A stretch of 64,000 nucleotides of DNA from the human T2T-CHM13v2.0 reference genome, Homo sapiens. Below, one piece after another: positions 1-14,902 of the stretch. Both the position numbers and the translations under genes were made by a program. Within the stretch, counting starts at the first letter, position 1; each line of letters starts with the position of its first letter. Where the stretch lies: NCBI RefSeq assembly GCF_009914755.1, contig NC_060937.1, one strand, 5' to 3'. A model generated the notes under the pieces. The model saw only the letters and a program-made list of their open reading frames with translations. It had not been told where the DNA came from and made no database searches.

Positions 1-2747
1 GAACAATGCCTAGTGGACCTATTTGGATTTTGAAGGCAACACATTTCTCATTTGGGTGTGTTACTCTGGCTCATTTATTAAGTGACCCAAAAGACTGCCA
101 GTTTTGAGTGGGGTCCAGAACAGAAGATGGCTCTGTAACAGGTCCAGGCTACTGCGCAAGCTGCTCTGCCAATTGGCATATGACCCAGCAGATCCAATGG
201 TGCTTGAGGTGTCAGTGACACATAGGGATGCTGTGTGAAGCCTTTGGCAGGCCCCCATAGGTGAATCAAAGTGGAGGCCTCAAAGATTTTGGAGCAAGGC
301 CCTGCCATCTTCTGCTACTCTTTTTTTTTGAGAGACAGCTCTTGGCCTGTTACTGGGCTTTGTTGGAAACTGAACGCTTGACTATGGGTCATCAAGTCAC
401 CTTGCAACATGAACTGCCTATCATGAACTGGGTGCTTTCTGATCCATCTAGCCATAAAATGAGTCATGAACAGCAGCATTCTATCATCAAATGGAAGTGG
501 TATATATGTGATCGGGCTTGAGCAGGTCCTGAAGCCACAAGTAAGTTACATGAGGAAGTGGCTCAAATGCCCACGGTCTCTACTGCTGCCACCCTGTCTT
601 CTCTCCCCCAGCCTGCACTGAAGGCCTCATAGGGAGTTCCCTATGATCAGTTGACAGAGGAAGAGAGGACTAGGGCCTGGTTCACAGGTGATTCTGCATG
701 ATATGCAGGTACCACCCGAAAGTGGACAGCTGCAGCACTGCAGCCCCTTTCTAGGAGATCTCTGAAGGACAGTGGTGAAAGGAAATCTTCCCAGTGGGCA
801 GAACTTAGAGCAGTGTACCTGGTTGTGTGCTTTTCATGGAAGAAGAAATGGCTAGATGTGCAATTATATACTGATTCATGGGCTGTAGCCAATGGTTTGA
901 CTGGATGGTCAGGGAGTTGGAAGAAGCATGCTTGGAAAATTAGTAACAAAGAAATTTGGGGAAGAGGTATGTGGATGGACCTCTCTGAGTGGTCAAAAGC
1001 TGTGAAGATATTTGTATGTCATGTGACTGCTCACCAATAGGTGACCTCAGCAGAGGAGGAATTTAATAATCAAGTTATTAAATTGATTATTAATAATTAT
1101 AAATTTTTATTAATTTAAAAGAATGATGACCCGTTCTGTGGATACCACTCAGCCTCTTTCCCAGCCACCCTGTCATTGCCCAATGGGCCCATGAACAAAG
1201 TGGCCATGGTGGCAGGGATGGAGGTTATGCACGGGCTCAGCAACATAGACTTCCACTCACCAAGGCTGACCTGGCTATGACCACTGCTGAGTGCCCAATT
1301 TGCCAGCAGCAGAGACCAACACTGAGCCCTCGATATAGCACCATTCCTCAGTGTGATTAGCCAGCTACCTGGTGGCAGGTTGATTATATTGGAACTTTTC
1401 CATCATGGAAAGGGCAGAGGTTTGTCCTCACTGGAACAGACACTTACTCCAGATATGGGTTTGCCTATCCTTCATGCAATGCTTCTGCCAAGACTACCAT
1501 CCATGGACTCACGGAATGCCTTATCCACCATCATGGTATTCCACATAGCACTGCCTCTGACCAAGGCACTCACTTCACTGCTAAAGAAGTGTGGCAGTGG
1601 GCTCATTCTCCTGGAATCCACTGATCTTACCATGCTCCCCATCACCCTGAAGCAGATGAATTGATAGAATGGTGGAATGGCCTTTTGAAGTCAAAATTAC
1701 AATGCCAACTAGGTGACAATACTTTGTGGGGCTGGGGCAAAGTTCTCCTGAAGGCTGTGTATGCTCTGAATCAGTGTCCAATATATGGTGCTGTTTCTCT
1801 CATAGCCTTGATTCATGGGTCTAGGAATGAAGTGGTGGAAGTGACACTACTCACTATCACCCCTAGTGATCCACTAGCAAAATTTTTGCTTCTTGTTCCC
1901 AAGACAGTATGTTCTGCTGGCCTAGAGGTCTTAGTTCCAGAGGAAGAAACAATGCCACCAGGAGACACAATAATCATTCCATTAAATTGGAAGTTAAGAT
2001 TGCCACCTGGACATTTTGGACTCCTTCTACCTTTAAGTCAACAGGCTAAGAAGGGAGTTACAGTGTTGGTTGGGGTGACTGACCCAGACTATCAAGATGA
2101 AATCAGTCTAAGGTAACTTTAATTTCACAACAAAGGTAAGGAAGAGTATGTACAGAATACAGGAGATCCATTAGGGCATCTCTTAGTATTACCATGCCCT
2201 GTGATTAAGGTCAATGGGAAACTATGACAGCCCAAACCAGGCAGGACCACAAATGACCCAGACCCTTCAGGAATAAAGGTTTGGGTTATGCCACCAGGGA
2301 AAACAACAAAAAAACAAAACACTACCTGCTGGGTTGCTTGCTGCAGGCAAAGGGAATACAGAATGAACAACAGAAGAATGTAGTCATCAATACAAGCTAT
2401 GACCACGTGACCAGCTGCAGAAATGAGGACTGTAATTGTCATGAGTATTTCCTCATTTTGCTATTAAAAACACGTTTGTGCATGTATACACTTATACTAA
2501 GAAAATATCTTCATTTTATTTCCTTTCTCCTTTATCATGTGACATAAGATTTATTGAATTCACGTCAGAATTTAAGTATTGTTAACTTTATGTAATAGTA
2601 TTTGGGTTGTGGATTGCTGCATTTCAAGTTGTATGAAGGATAGTTGTATTGTGTTAGGCAAAATTATGACCTTACTATTGTCTTTATTTGAAGATTATGT
2701 ATGATCTCAGGAGATGTGTATGTGTTCAAGTTGACAACGGTTGGACT
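1..2747 (+). mobile_element. HERV-L internal region, decayed pol (RT connection, RNase H, integrase) and dUTPase
   Basis: RNase H motif YTDSWAVANGL in ORF 813-1040. Integrase WAHEQSGHGG...CPIC (~1184-1305) and WWQVDYIG (~1370-1393). dUTPase LPPGHFGLL...GVTDPDYQDEI in ORF 1661-2116, lying after integrase as in ERV-L. Many stops and frameshifts; no env before the LTR. Confidence 0.95.
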
Positions 2748-3140
2748 TGTGACGGTTAATACTGAGTGTAGACTTGATTGGACTGAAGGATACAAAGTAT
2801 TGATCCTGGGTGTGTCTGTGAGGGTGTTGCCAAAGGAGAGTCAGTGGGCTAGGAAAGGCAGAGCCATACTTAATCTGGGTGGGCACAATCTAATCAGCTG
2901 CCAGTGCAGCTAGAATATAAGCAGACAGAAAAATGTGAAAAGAGAGACTGGCCTAGCCTCCCAGTCTACATCTTTCTCTCATGCTGGATGCTTCCTGCCC
3001 TCGAAAATTGGACTCCAATTTCTTCAGTTTGGGAAATCAGACTGGCTCTCCTTGATTCTCAGCCTGCAGATGGCCTACTGTGGGACCTTGTGATCGTGTG
3101 AGTTAATACTTAATAAACTCCCATATATATATATATATGG

Positions 3141-3676
3141 GCAGCTGGTCATGGGGTCATAGCTGGTATTGATGACTACATTCTTCTATTGCCCATTCTG
3201 TATTCCCTTTGCCGTCAGCAAGCACCCCAGCAGTGTTTTCTGTTTTTTTTTTTTTCCCTGGTGGTATAACCCAAACCTTTATTCCTGAAGGGTCTGGGTC
3301 ATTTGTAGTCCTGCCTGGATTGGGCTGCTGTAGTTTCCCATTGACCTTAATCACAGGGCATGGTAATACTAAGAGATGCCCTAATGGATCTCCTGTATTC
3401 TATACATACTCTTCCTTACCTTTGTTGTGAAATTAAAGTTACCTTACACTGATTTCATCTTGATAGTCTGGGTCAATCACCCCAACCAACACTGTAACTC
3501 CCTTCTTAGCCTGTTGACTTAAAGGTAGAAGGAGTCCAAAATGTCCAGGTGGCAATCTTAACTTCCAATTCAATGGAATAATTGTTGTGTCTCCCAGTGG
3601 CATTGTTTCTCCCTCTGAAACTAAGACCTCTAGGCCAGCAGAACATAATGTCTTGGGAACAGGAAGCAAAATTTTT
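3141..3676 (-). repeat. Inverted local duplicate of HERV-L segment 1879-2418 (dUTPase region)
   Basis: Reverse complement aligns at about 94% by eye. Both copies share the locus-specific segment AAGGTAACTTTAATTTCACAAC. Confidence 0.93.
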
Positions 3677-6600
3677 ATATATATATAATATACTTATATA
3701 ATATAGATAATATACTTATATATTATATATAATATGGATAATATAGTTACATATTATGTATAATATAGATAATATAGTTACATATTATGTATAATATAGA
3801 TAATATAGTTACATATTATATATAATATAGATAATATAGTTATATATTATATATAATATAGATAATATAGTTATATATTACATATAATATAGATAATATA
3901 GTTATAAATTATATATAATATAGGTAATATAGTTATATATTACATATAATATAGATAATATAGTTATATATTATATATAATATAGATAATATGCTTATAT
4001 ATTATATAATATAGATAATATGCTTATATATTATATATAATATAGATAATATGCTTATATATTATATATAATATAGATAATATACTTATATATTATATAT
4101 AATATAGATAATATACTTATATTTATATATAATATAGATAATATACTTATATATTATATATAATATAGATAATATACTTATATATAAATATAGATAATAT
4201 ACTTATATATTATACATAATATATAATATACCTATACATTATATATTATATTTATATATAATATAGCTAATATACTTATATATTATATACAATATAGATA
4301 ATATACTTATATATTATATACAATATACATAATATACTTATATACTATATACAATATACATAATATACTTATATACTATATACAATATACATAATATACT
4401 TATATACTATATACAATATACATAATATACTTATATACTATATACAATATACATAATATACTTATATACTATATACAATATACATAATATACTTATATAC
4501 TATATACAATATACATAATATACTTATATACTATATACAATATACATAATATACTTATATATTATATACAATATACATAATATACTTATATATTATATAC
4601 TATATATAATATACTTATATATTATATATAAATATATACTTATATATTTATACATAATATATAATATACTTATATATTATATATAAATATAATATACTTA
4701 TATATTTATACATAATATATAATATACGTATATATATTTATACATAATATATAATATACGTATATATATTTACATATAATATATATAATATACGTATATA
4801 TATTTACATATAATATATATAATATACGTATATATATTTATATATAATATATAATATACGTATATATATTTATATATAATATATAATATACGTATATATA
4901 TTATATATAATATATAATATACGTATATATATTTATATATAATATATAATATACGTATATATATCTATATATAATATATAATATACGTATATATATTTAT
5001 ATATAATATATAATATACGTATATATTTATATATAATATATATACATATATATTATATATAATACATAATATCTTATATATATTATATATAAGATATTAT
5101 GTATTATATATTATATATTATATATAAGATATTATATATTATGTATTATATATAAGATATTATATATTATATATTATATATAAGATATTATATATTATAT
5201 ATTATATATAAGATATTATATATTATATATAAGATATTATATGTTATATATTATATATAAGATATTATATGTTATATATTATATATAAGATATTATACAT
5301 CATATATATTATATATAAGATATTATACATCATATATTATATATATAAGATATTATACATCATATATTATATATATAAGATATTATATATCATATATTAT
5401 ATATATAAGATATTATATATCATATATTATATATATAAGATATTATATATCATATATTATATATAAGATATTATATATCATATATGATATATAAGATATT
5501 ATATATCATATATTATATATAATATATTATATATTACATATAAGATATAATATATTATATATTATATATAATTAAGATATTATATATTAATTATATATAA
5601 TATATTAAATATAATATATAAGATATTATATATTAAATATAATATATAAGATATTATATATTAAATATAATATATAAGATATTATATATTAAATATAATA
5701 TATAAGATATTATATATTAAATATAATATATAAGATATTATATATTAAATATAATATATAAGATATTATATATTAAATATAATATATAAGATATTATATA
5801 TTAAATATAATATATAAGATATTATATATTAAATATAATATATAAGATATTATATATTAAATATAATATATAAGATATTATATATTAAATATAATATATA
5901 AGATATTATATATTAAATATAATATATAAGATATTATATATTAAATATAATATATAAGATATTATATATTATATATAATATATAAGATATTATATATTAT
6001 ATCTTATATATTATATATATATAATATATTATATATTATATATATAATATAATATATATATATATATTATATATATATATAATATATTATATATATATAA
6101 TATAAGATATTATATATATATATATATTAAATATAATATATAAGATATATATATAAGATATTATATATTATATATATATATTTTATTTATATATATATAT
6201 ATATATTTTTAATATATAATATATAAGATATTATATATTAAATATAATATATAAGATATTATATATTAAATATAATATATAAGATATTATATATTAAATA
6301 TAATATATAATATCTTATATATTATATATTATATATTATATATTATATATAAGATATTATATATTATATATAACATATTATATATAACATATATATTATA
6401 TATAATATATAATATCTTATATATTATACATAATATATAACTTATATATTATACATAATATATATCTTATATATAATGTATTATATAATATATTATATAT
6501 TATATATTATATAATATATTATATATTATATAATACATTATATATTATACATAATATATAATATATAATATCTTATATATATTATATATAATTATATAAT

Positions 6601-7066
6601 GTATGATATATAATGTATTATATATTATAGATAATACATTATATATTATATATAATATCTATAATATGTAATATATAATATATAATATACTTATATATAT
6701 TTATATATAATATATAATATACTTATATATATTTATATATAATATATATAATATACTTATATATATACTTATATATATAATATATAATATACTATATATA
6801 ATATATATGATATACTTATATATATTTATATATAATATATAATATATAATATACTTATATTTTTATATATAATATACAATATATATATTTATATATATTA
6901 TATATAATATACAATATACTTATATATATTTATATAATATATAAATATATATAATTTTATAATATATATAATTATATATAATATATATAATATATAATAT
7001 AGATAATTATATAAATTATATTTACATACAATTGTATATATTTATATAAATTATATATATATATAT
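3677..7066. repeat. 3.4-kb AT-rich compound minisatellite
   Basis: Zones with 31-bp (~4321-4570), 30-bp (~5311-5460) and 28-bp (5621-5956, 12 perfect copies) periods. Perfect 28-bp inverted arms at 5055-5111. Confidence 0.97.
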
Positions 7067-7106
7067 TCCATTGGTTCTGTCCCTCTAGAGAACACTGACT
7101 AATATG

Positions 7107-10100
7107 TTTATCAATAATAACATTGAATGTAAATAAACTAAACTCTCCAATCAAAGGACACAGACTGGCTGAATGGATTAAAAAAACAAAACCCAAAGAT
7201 CTGTTGCCTACAAGAAACACATTTCACCTATAAAGACACTTATAGCCTGAAAATAAAGGAATAGAAAAAGATATTACTGCAAATGAAAACCAAAAGACAA
7301 AGAAGGTCACTGTATAATGAAAAAGGGGTAAATTCAACAAGAGGATTTAACACTTGTAAATATATATGTATCCAATACTGGAGGACTCAGATTTATAAAG
7401 CAAATATTATTAGAGCTAAAGAGAGAGATGGTCCCAATTTAATAATAACTAGAGGCTACAACACCCCACTTTCAGCATTGGACAGATATTTGAGCCAGAA
7501 AGTCAACAAAAAAATATTGGACTTAATCTGCACTATAGACCAAATGGACCTACTAGATATTTACAGAATATTTCACCCAATGACTGCAGAATTAAATTCT
7601 TTTCCTCAACACATGGATCATTCTCAAGGATAGACCATATTATAGGTCACAAAACAAGTCTTAAAACATTCAAAAACCTAAAATACTATCAAGTATATTA
7701 GCTGACCACAATGGAAGAAAACTATAAATCAATAAAAAGAAGAATTTTAAAACATTTATAAATACATGAAAATTAAATGATATGCTTCTGAATGACCGGT
7801 AGGTCAATTAAGAAATTAAGAAGAAAATCAAAAATTTTCTCAAAACAAGTGACAATGGAAACACAACATACCAAAATCTGTGGGATACAGCAAGAGCAGT
7901 ACTAAGAAGAAAATTTATACCTATAAGTGCCTACATCAAAAAAGAAGAAAATCTTCAACTAAATAACCTAATGATTAATCTTAAAGACCTGGGAAACCAA
8001 GAACAAACCAAATTCAAAATTAGAAGAAAAGAAATAATTAAAATCAGAGCAGAAATAAATGAATTTGAAATGAAAAAAATAATACAAAAAGATAATGAAA
8101 CAAAAAGTCTTTTTTAAGTTAAGCAAAATTAACAAACTTTTAGCCAGACTAAGAAAAAAAGAGAAAAGTTCAAAATAAATAAAATTAGAGATGAAACAGG
8201 AGGAATTACAAATCGTAATGTAGAAATTAAAAGGATGATTAGTGGCTATTATGAGCAACTATGTGCCAATAGATGGGAAAATCTAGAAAAACATGACAAA
8301 TTACTAGACCCATACAGCTACCAACATTAAACTGGGAAGAAATTCAAAACCCGAACAGACTAAGAGCATATAACAAGATCAACATCATAATAAAAAGCTT
8401 CCAGCAAAAAAAAAAAAGTCCAGGACCCAGTGGCTTCACTGCTGAATTCTAGCAAACATTTAAAGAAGAACTAACCCCAATCCTACTAAAACCTTCCAAA
8501 AAATAGAGAAGGAAGGAATACTTCCAAACTCATTCTTTGAGGCTAGTATTACTATGATACCAATATGAAACAAAGATACACTAAAAAAAGAAACTACAGG
8601 CCAATATCCCTGATGAATATTGATGCAAAAATCCTTAACAAAATACTAGCAAATCAAATTCAACAACAAAAACATTAAAAATATCACTCTTCATAACCAA
8701 GCGGGATTTATCCTAGGGATGCAAGGATGGTTCAACATATGCAAATCAATCAATGTGCCACATTGTATGAACAGAATGGATAAAAACTAAATTATCACTT
8801 CATTTGATGCTGAAAAAGCATTTGATAAGCATCTCTTCATAATAAAAACTCTCAAAAAACTGTTATAGCAGGAACATAACTCGACATAATAAAAGCCATA
8901 TATGAGAGACCCACAGATAGTATCATACTGAATGGGGAAAAACTGAAAGCTTTTCCCCTAAGATCTGGAAAATACCAATGATGCCCATTATTCAACATAG
9001 TACTGGAAGTCCTAGCTAAAGCAATCAGATAAGAGAAAGAAATAAACAGCATCCAAATTAGAAAGGAAGAAGTCAAATTATCCTTGTTTGCAGATGATAT
9101 CATCTTATTATTTAGGAAAACCTAAAGACTCCATCAAAAGCTATTAGAACTGATAAATTCAGTATAGTTTCAGGGTACAAAATTAACATAAAAATATCAG
9201 TAGCATTTCTGTATGCCAACAGCAAACAATCTGAAAAAGAAATCAAGAAAGTAATCCCATTTACAACAGCTACAAACAAAACTAAATACCTAGTGATATG
9301 GTTTGGCTCTGTGTTCCCACCCAAATCACATTCTGTAGCTCCCATAATTCTCACATGTTATGGGAGGGACCCAGTGGGAGATGACTGAATCATGGGGCAG
9401 GTCTTTCTGGTACTGTTCTCATGATAGTGAATGGGTCTCATGAGATCTGATGGTTTTAATAACAGGAGTTTCTCCGCACAAGCTCTCTCTTTGCTTGCTG
9501 CCATCCATGTAAGATGTGACTTACTCCTCCTTGCCTTCTGCCATGATTGTGATGCCTCCCCAGCCATGTGGAACTGTGAGTCCAATTAAGCCTCTTTTTT
9601 GCAAATTGCCCAGTCTCAGGTATGTCTTCATCAGGAGTATGAAAATGGACTAATGCCATAAATTGGTACTGGTAGAGTGGGGTGCTGCAAAAAGATACCC
9701 AAAAATGTGTAAGCAACGTTGAAACTGGGTTACAGGCAGTGGCTGGAATAGTTTAGAGGGCTCAGAAGAAGACAGGAAAATGTGGGAAAGTTTGGAACTT
9801 CCTAGAGACTTGTTGAATGGCTTTGCCCAAAATGCTGATAGCAATATGGATAACAAAGTCCAGGCTGAGGTGATCTCAGATGGAAATGAGGAACGTGTTG
9901 GGAACTGGAGCAAAGGTGACTCTTGTTGTGTTTTAGCAAAGAGACTGGCAGCATTTCGCCCCTGCTGTAGAAATTTGTGAAACTTTGAACTTGAGAGAGA
10001 TGATTTAGGGTGTCTAGCAGGAGGAGAAATTTCTAAGTAGCAAAGCATTCAAGAGGGGACTTGGGTGCTGTGCTGTTAAATTGATTCAGTCATATAAGGG

Positions 10101-13100
10101 ACGCAGAGCATAAAAGCTCAGAAAATTTGCAACCTGACAATGTGACAGAAAAGAAAAATCCATTTTTCTGAGGAGAAATTCAAGCCAGCTGCAGAAATTT
10201 GCATAAGTAATGAGGAGCTGAAAGTTAATCCCCAAGAAAATGGGGAAAATGTCTCCAGGGCATGTCAGGGGTCTTCACTGCATCACTCCCATCACAGGAG
10301 GGAGGCCTAGAAGAAAATGGTTTTGTGGTCTGGGCGCAGGGTCCCCATGCTGTTTTCAGCCTAGGGACTTGGTGCCCTGCATCCCAGCCACTCCAGCCAT
10401 GGCTGAAAGAGGCCAACCTAGAGATTGGGCTGCAGCTTCAGAGGGTGGAAGCCCCAAGCCTTGGCAGTTTCCATGTGGTGTTGAACCTGTGAGTGCACAG
10501 AAGTCAAGAATTGGGGTTTGGGAACCTCCACCTAGATTTAAGAAGATGTGTGGAAATGCCTGGATGTCCAGACAGAAGTTTGCTGCAGGGGCAGGGCGCT
10601 CATGGAGAACCTCTGCCAGGGCAGTGCAGAAAGCAATTGTGGGGTCAGAGACCCCACACAGAGTCCCTGCTGGGGAACCCCCAGTGGAGCCGTGAGCAGA
10701 GGCCCACTGTCTTCCAGACCCTAGAGTGGTAGATCCACCAACAGCTTGCACTGTGCCCCTGGAAAAGCTGCAGACACTCAATGCCAGCCCGTGAAAGCAG
10801 CCAGGAGGGAGGCTATACCCTGCAAAGCCACAAGGGCAGAGCCGCCCAAGACCATAGGAACCCATCTTTTGCATCAACCGATTTCTCCCATTTGGAATAG
10901 CTGTATTTACCTAATGCCTGTACCCTTATTGTATCTAGGAAGTAAGCAATTTGCTTTTGATTTTACAGGCTCATAGGCAGAAGGGACTTGCCTTTTCTCA
11001 AATGAGACTTTGGACTGTGGACTTTTGAGTTAATGCTGAAATGAGTTGACACTTTGGGGGACTATTGGGAAGACATGCTTGATTTTTAAATGTGGAGAAA
11101 TGAGATTTAGGAGAGGCCAAGGGCAGAATGGTATGGTTTGGTTCTGTGCCCCTACCCACATCTCATCTCATAGCTCCCATAATTCCCACATGTTGCTGGA
11201 GAGACCTGGAGGGAGATGATTGAGTCATGGGGCAGATCTTTCTGGTGCTGTTCTCATGATAGTGAATGGGTCTCATGAGATCTGATGGTTTTAAAAACAG
11301 GATTTTCTCTGCACAAGCTCTCTCTTTGTCTGCTGCCATCCACATAAGATGTGACTTGCTCCTCCTTGCCATCCACCGTAATTGTGAGGCCTCCCCAGCC
11401 ACGTGGAATTGTGAGTCCAATTAAACCTCTTTCTTTGTAAATTGCCCAGTCTTGGGTATGCCTTTATCAGCAGTGTGAAAATGGACTAATACACCTAGGA
11501 AATAACCAAAGAAGTGGAAGATCTCTGCAATCAAACTATAAAACATTGATGCAAGAAATTGAAGTGAACACACAAAAAATGGAAAACTAGTCCATGTTAA
11601 TGGATTGGAGGAATCAATATTGCGAAAATGTCCATACTTTCCAACATAGCCTACAGATTTAATGCAATTCCTATCAAAATACCAAGGACATTGTTTACAG
11701 AAATGGAAAGAAAAATCCCAGAATTTATATGGAACCAAAATGTCCCAGAATAGTCAAAGCTATCCAAAGCATGAAGAACACAACAGGAGGAATCACATTA
11801 TCTGCTGTCAAATTAAACCACAGAGAAATAGTAACCAAAATGGCATGGTACTGGCATAAAAACAGACACAAAGACAAGTGGAATAAAATAGAGAACCCGG
11901 AAATAAATACATACATCTACAGTAAACTCATTTTCAACAAAGATTTCAAAAACATACTTTGGAGAAAGGGCAGGCTCTTCAATAAATGGTCCTGGGAAAT
12001 CTGGATACCCATGTGCAAAAGAATGAAACTTGACCACTATCTCTCATTTTATACAAAAATCAAATAAAAATGTATTAAAGACTGAAATTTAAGACCTCAA
12101 ACTAGAAATCATTAAAAGAAAACACTGGGGAAACTCCAGGACATTGGATTGGATAAAGACTTCTTGAGCACTATACCCCACAGGCACAGGTAACCAAAGA
12201 AAACATGGACAAATAGGATCACATCAAGTTTAAAACGTTCTGCACAATAACAGAAACAATCAAGAAAGTGAAGAGAACCCACAGAATGGGCAAAAATATT
12301 TTCAAATTACTCATTGTTGAAGGATTAATAACCAGAATATATAAGGAGTTCAAACAACTCTATAGGAAAAATCTAACAATTCAATTAAAAATGGGCAAAA
12401 GGTCTGAATAGACATTTCTCAAAAGAAGACATACAAACAGCAAACAGGTATATGAAAAGACGTTCAACATCATTGATCATCAGAGAAATGCAAATCAAAG
12501 CTACAACGAGTATCATCTCACCCCAGTTAAAATGGCTTTTATCCAAAAGTCAAGCAATAACAAATGCTGATGAGGATGTCAAGTAAATGGGACACTCATA
12601 CACTGTTGGTGGGAATATAAATAGTACAACCATTATGGAGAACAGTTTGGAGGTTCCACAAAAAATAAAACAATAGAGCTACCAAACAATCTAGAAATTC
12701 CACTCCTAGGTATATAACTATAAGAAAATATCAGTATATCTACACTCCCATGTTTATTGCAGCATTATTCACAATAGCCAAGATCTGGAAGCAACCTAAG
12801 TATCCATCAATAGATGAATAAAGAAAATGTGGTACATATACACAATGGAGTAATGTTCAGTCATAAAAAGAATGAAATCCTGTCACTTGCAACAACAGGA
12901 ATGGAACTGAAAGTCATTATGTTAAGTGAAATAAGCCAGGCACAAAAAGAGAAACATCACATGTTCTTAATTATCTACGGGAACTAAAAATGAAAACAAC
13001 TGAACTCATGGACACAGAGAGTAGAAGGATGGTTACCAGAGGCTGAGAAGGGTAGTGGGTGGTGGGGATTGTGGAGGAAAGAGAAATGGTTAATGGGTAC

Positions 13101-13358
13101 AAAAAAATAGAATATATAAGACCTAGAATTTGCTAGCACAACAGGGTGAATATAGTAAAAAATAATTTGTCTATTTTAAAATAACTTTAAGGAGCATAAC
13201 TGGATTGTTTAAAACACAAAAGAAAAAGGCTTCAGTTGATGGGTACCCTATTTACCCTGATGTGATGATTACATATTGCATGCCTGTATCAAAATATCTC
13301 ATGTAAGCCATAAACATATACACCCACTATGCACCCACAAAATTAAAAATTAAAAATA
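7107..13358 (+). mobile_element. L1MA2/3-like LINE-1 (ORF2 and 3' UTR), interrupted by THE1
   Basis: ORF2 start-like ATAACATTGAATGTAAAT; RT motif TTTGCAGATGATAT at ~9087; L1MA-type 3' end GTAGAAGGATGGTTACCAGAGG...CACCCACAAAATTAAAAATT. Confidence 0.9.
9294..11493 (+). mobile_element. THE1 (B/C-like) MaLR provirus, LTR-internal-LTR
   Basis: LTRs at 9294-~9657 and 11129-11493. Perfect 5-bp TSD CCTAG at 9289-9293 and 11494-11498. Apparent internal deletion of about 0.1 kb near 10877. Confidence 0.95.
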
Positions 13359-14621
13359 CAGATAAAATTTTGCATTTAGGTGATATTTTAAATACTGTAT
13401 AAATTTTGATGGAGGAAAGCATTATAATAAAATATTTTTATTAAATAAGAAAAGTTCTATGGCAAAAATATATTTGGAATTGTTCGTGGTACACACAGAA
13501 TTCAAAATTGCATCCAATATGTTTTAGTATTCTGCCAATTAAAAGAGAAGTTGTAGTTACTCAAATTTACAAGTATTTTTACATATACATAGAATTATTG
13601 AGCAACACAATTTTTGTTACTAGACTTATCTTGACTATAAAATAAATATTTCATTATGGCATTATGCACTTTATTTTCTGCCAATGTCAATTAAACTTTA
13701 GTGTATTTGAAAATCTAGAGAATTACTTTTTAAATTGTCTTAAAATGGTATTGAACATTTTGCAAATGAGCCCTCTAAATTTCAGCAGCATTTTGTTCAA
13801 AATCATTTGAAATTTTCAATCAAAATATTCCATGAATGAAGTGCCAAAATACTTCAGCTTTTAAAGCTTTCATTGGATTGCTATTATTGAAAACAAATCT
13901 TGGGAATAGGAAGACAGTAAAATGTTTTGCTTAATAACAAGGGAGCAATTGCACAAATTGAATAATAGCTCAAATGGTATACAATATTAAATTTTGAAAG
14001 TCTGTAATTTTGCTTCAGAATGATGCTTTCCAAACTATCTGTAATAAAGAACCAGTTTTGTTTGTTTAAATTTCAATCCTCCACAAAATGATACTTTTGG
14101 AAAGTACAATAAAAGTAAGAGAAATTAAGTAGACAAAAATAACATACAAACTTCAAGCCTACTTTTTAAATCATTAGTTTCAGTGCATATAAAAGTGACT
14201 TTGACTATATATAATTAGAATGACCATATAGAAAAATAAAAGAATTACAAAACTTCTACAAGTTGTTCATTGAAGTACGCATACACGCAAGTAATACATG
14301 GGAATATTGTAAGACTCATGAAGTTTTGTCATTCTGCAATCATAACTAAAGAAAAAAATCGTGATTGAAATATGGTTCCCCATATGAAACATATGAAACA
14401 CCTTATGGACACTTTTGATGAACAGCATATTTATCAATATTTATGTTTAAGGTAACAACTGAGCTTGGTTCTTACTAATTTATCTAATCTAAATTAGATT
14501 GACAGTAATGCTTCTTGCAAAAGATTATATAGATCTAAACTGTTTATTTTTTTATTAAGCATAAAACCACAGGAAAAAAAACACAGTGTAACAAATATGT
14601 TGAAGGGAATGGAAGAAGATA

Positions 14622-14902
14622 TTTTCTTTCTTTTTTTTTTTTTTTCAGGACAGAGTCTTGTTCTCGTGAAGTGGCACAATCTTGGCTCACTGCACCAGGC
14701 TTAGGCGATTCTCTTGCCTCAGCCTTCCAAGTAGCTGGGATTACAGTCATGCACCACCATACCCAGCTAATTTTTGTATTTTTAGTAGAGACGGGGTTTT
14801 GCCATGTTGGCCAAGCTGGTCTCAATCTCCTGACCTCAAGTGATCTGCCCACCCCAGACTCCCAAAATGCTGGGACTACAGGAATGAATCCTGCACTTGG
14901 CT
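14622..14902 (-). mobile_element. AluS with small deletions
   Basis: Poly-T, then Alu reverse complement including GCTAATTTTTGTATTTTTAGTAGAGACGGGG. Confidence 0.9.

Larger units (their letters stand above)
2748..7106 (+). mobile_element. MLT2A2-type 3' LTR of HERV-L, split by an inverted duplication and an AT array
   Basis: Starts TGTGACGGTTAATACTGAGTGT after a PPT-like tract and runs to AATAAACTCCC(AT)n at ~3138. The LTR terminus CCATTGGTTCTGTCCCTCTAGAGAACACTGACTAATATG resumes at 7068-7106. Confidence 0.9.

Noticed and set aside
1661-2116. Functional or domesticated HERV-L dUTPase (also ORF 3439-3669)
   Set aside because: Both copies stop right after DPDYQDEI, so the C-terminal motifs are lost.
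3677-7066. CRISPR-like periodic array, and ORF 5269-5466 (YIIYYIYKIL repeats)
   Set aside because: There are no unique spacers or cas genes and the context is eukaryotic. The ORF arises from a stop-free 30-bp unit.
9650-10976. Longest ORFs in the window (132-173 aa)
   Set aside because: They lie in GC-richer THE1 internal sequence, overlap on both strands and show no recognisable domain.
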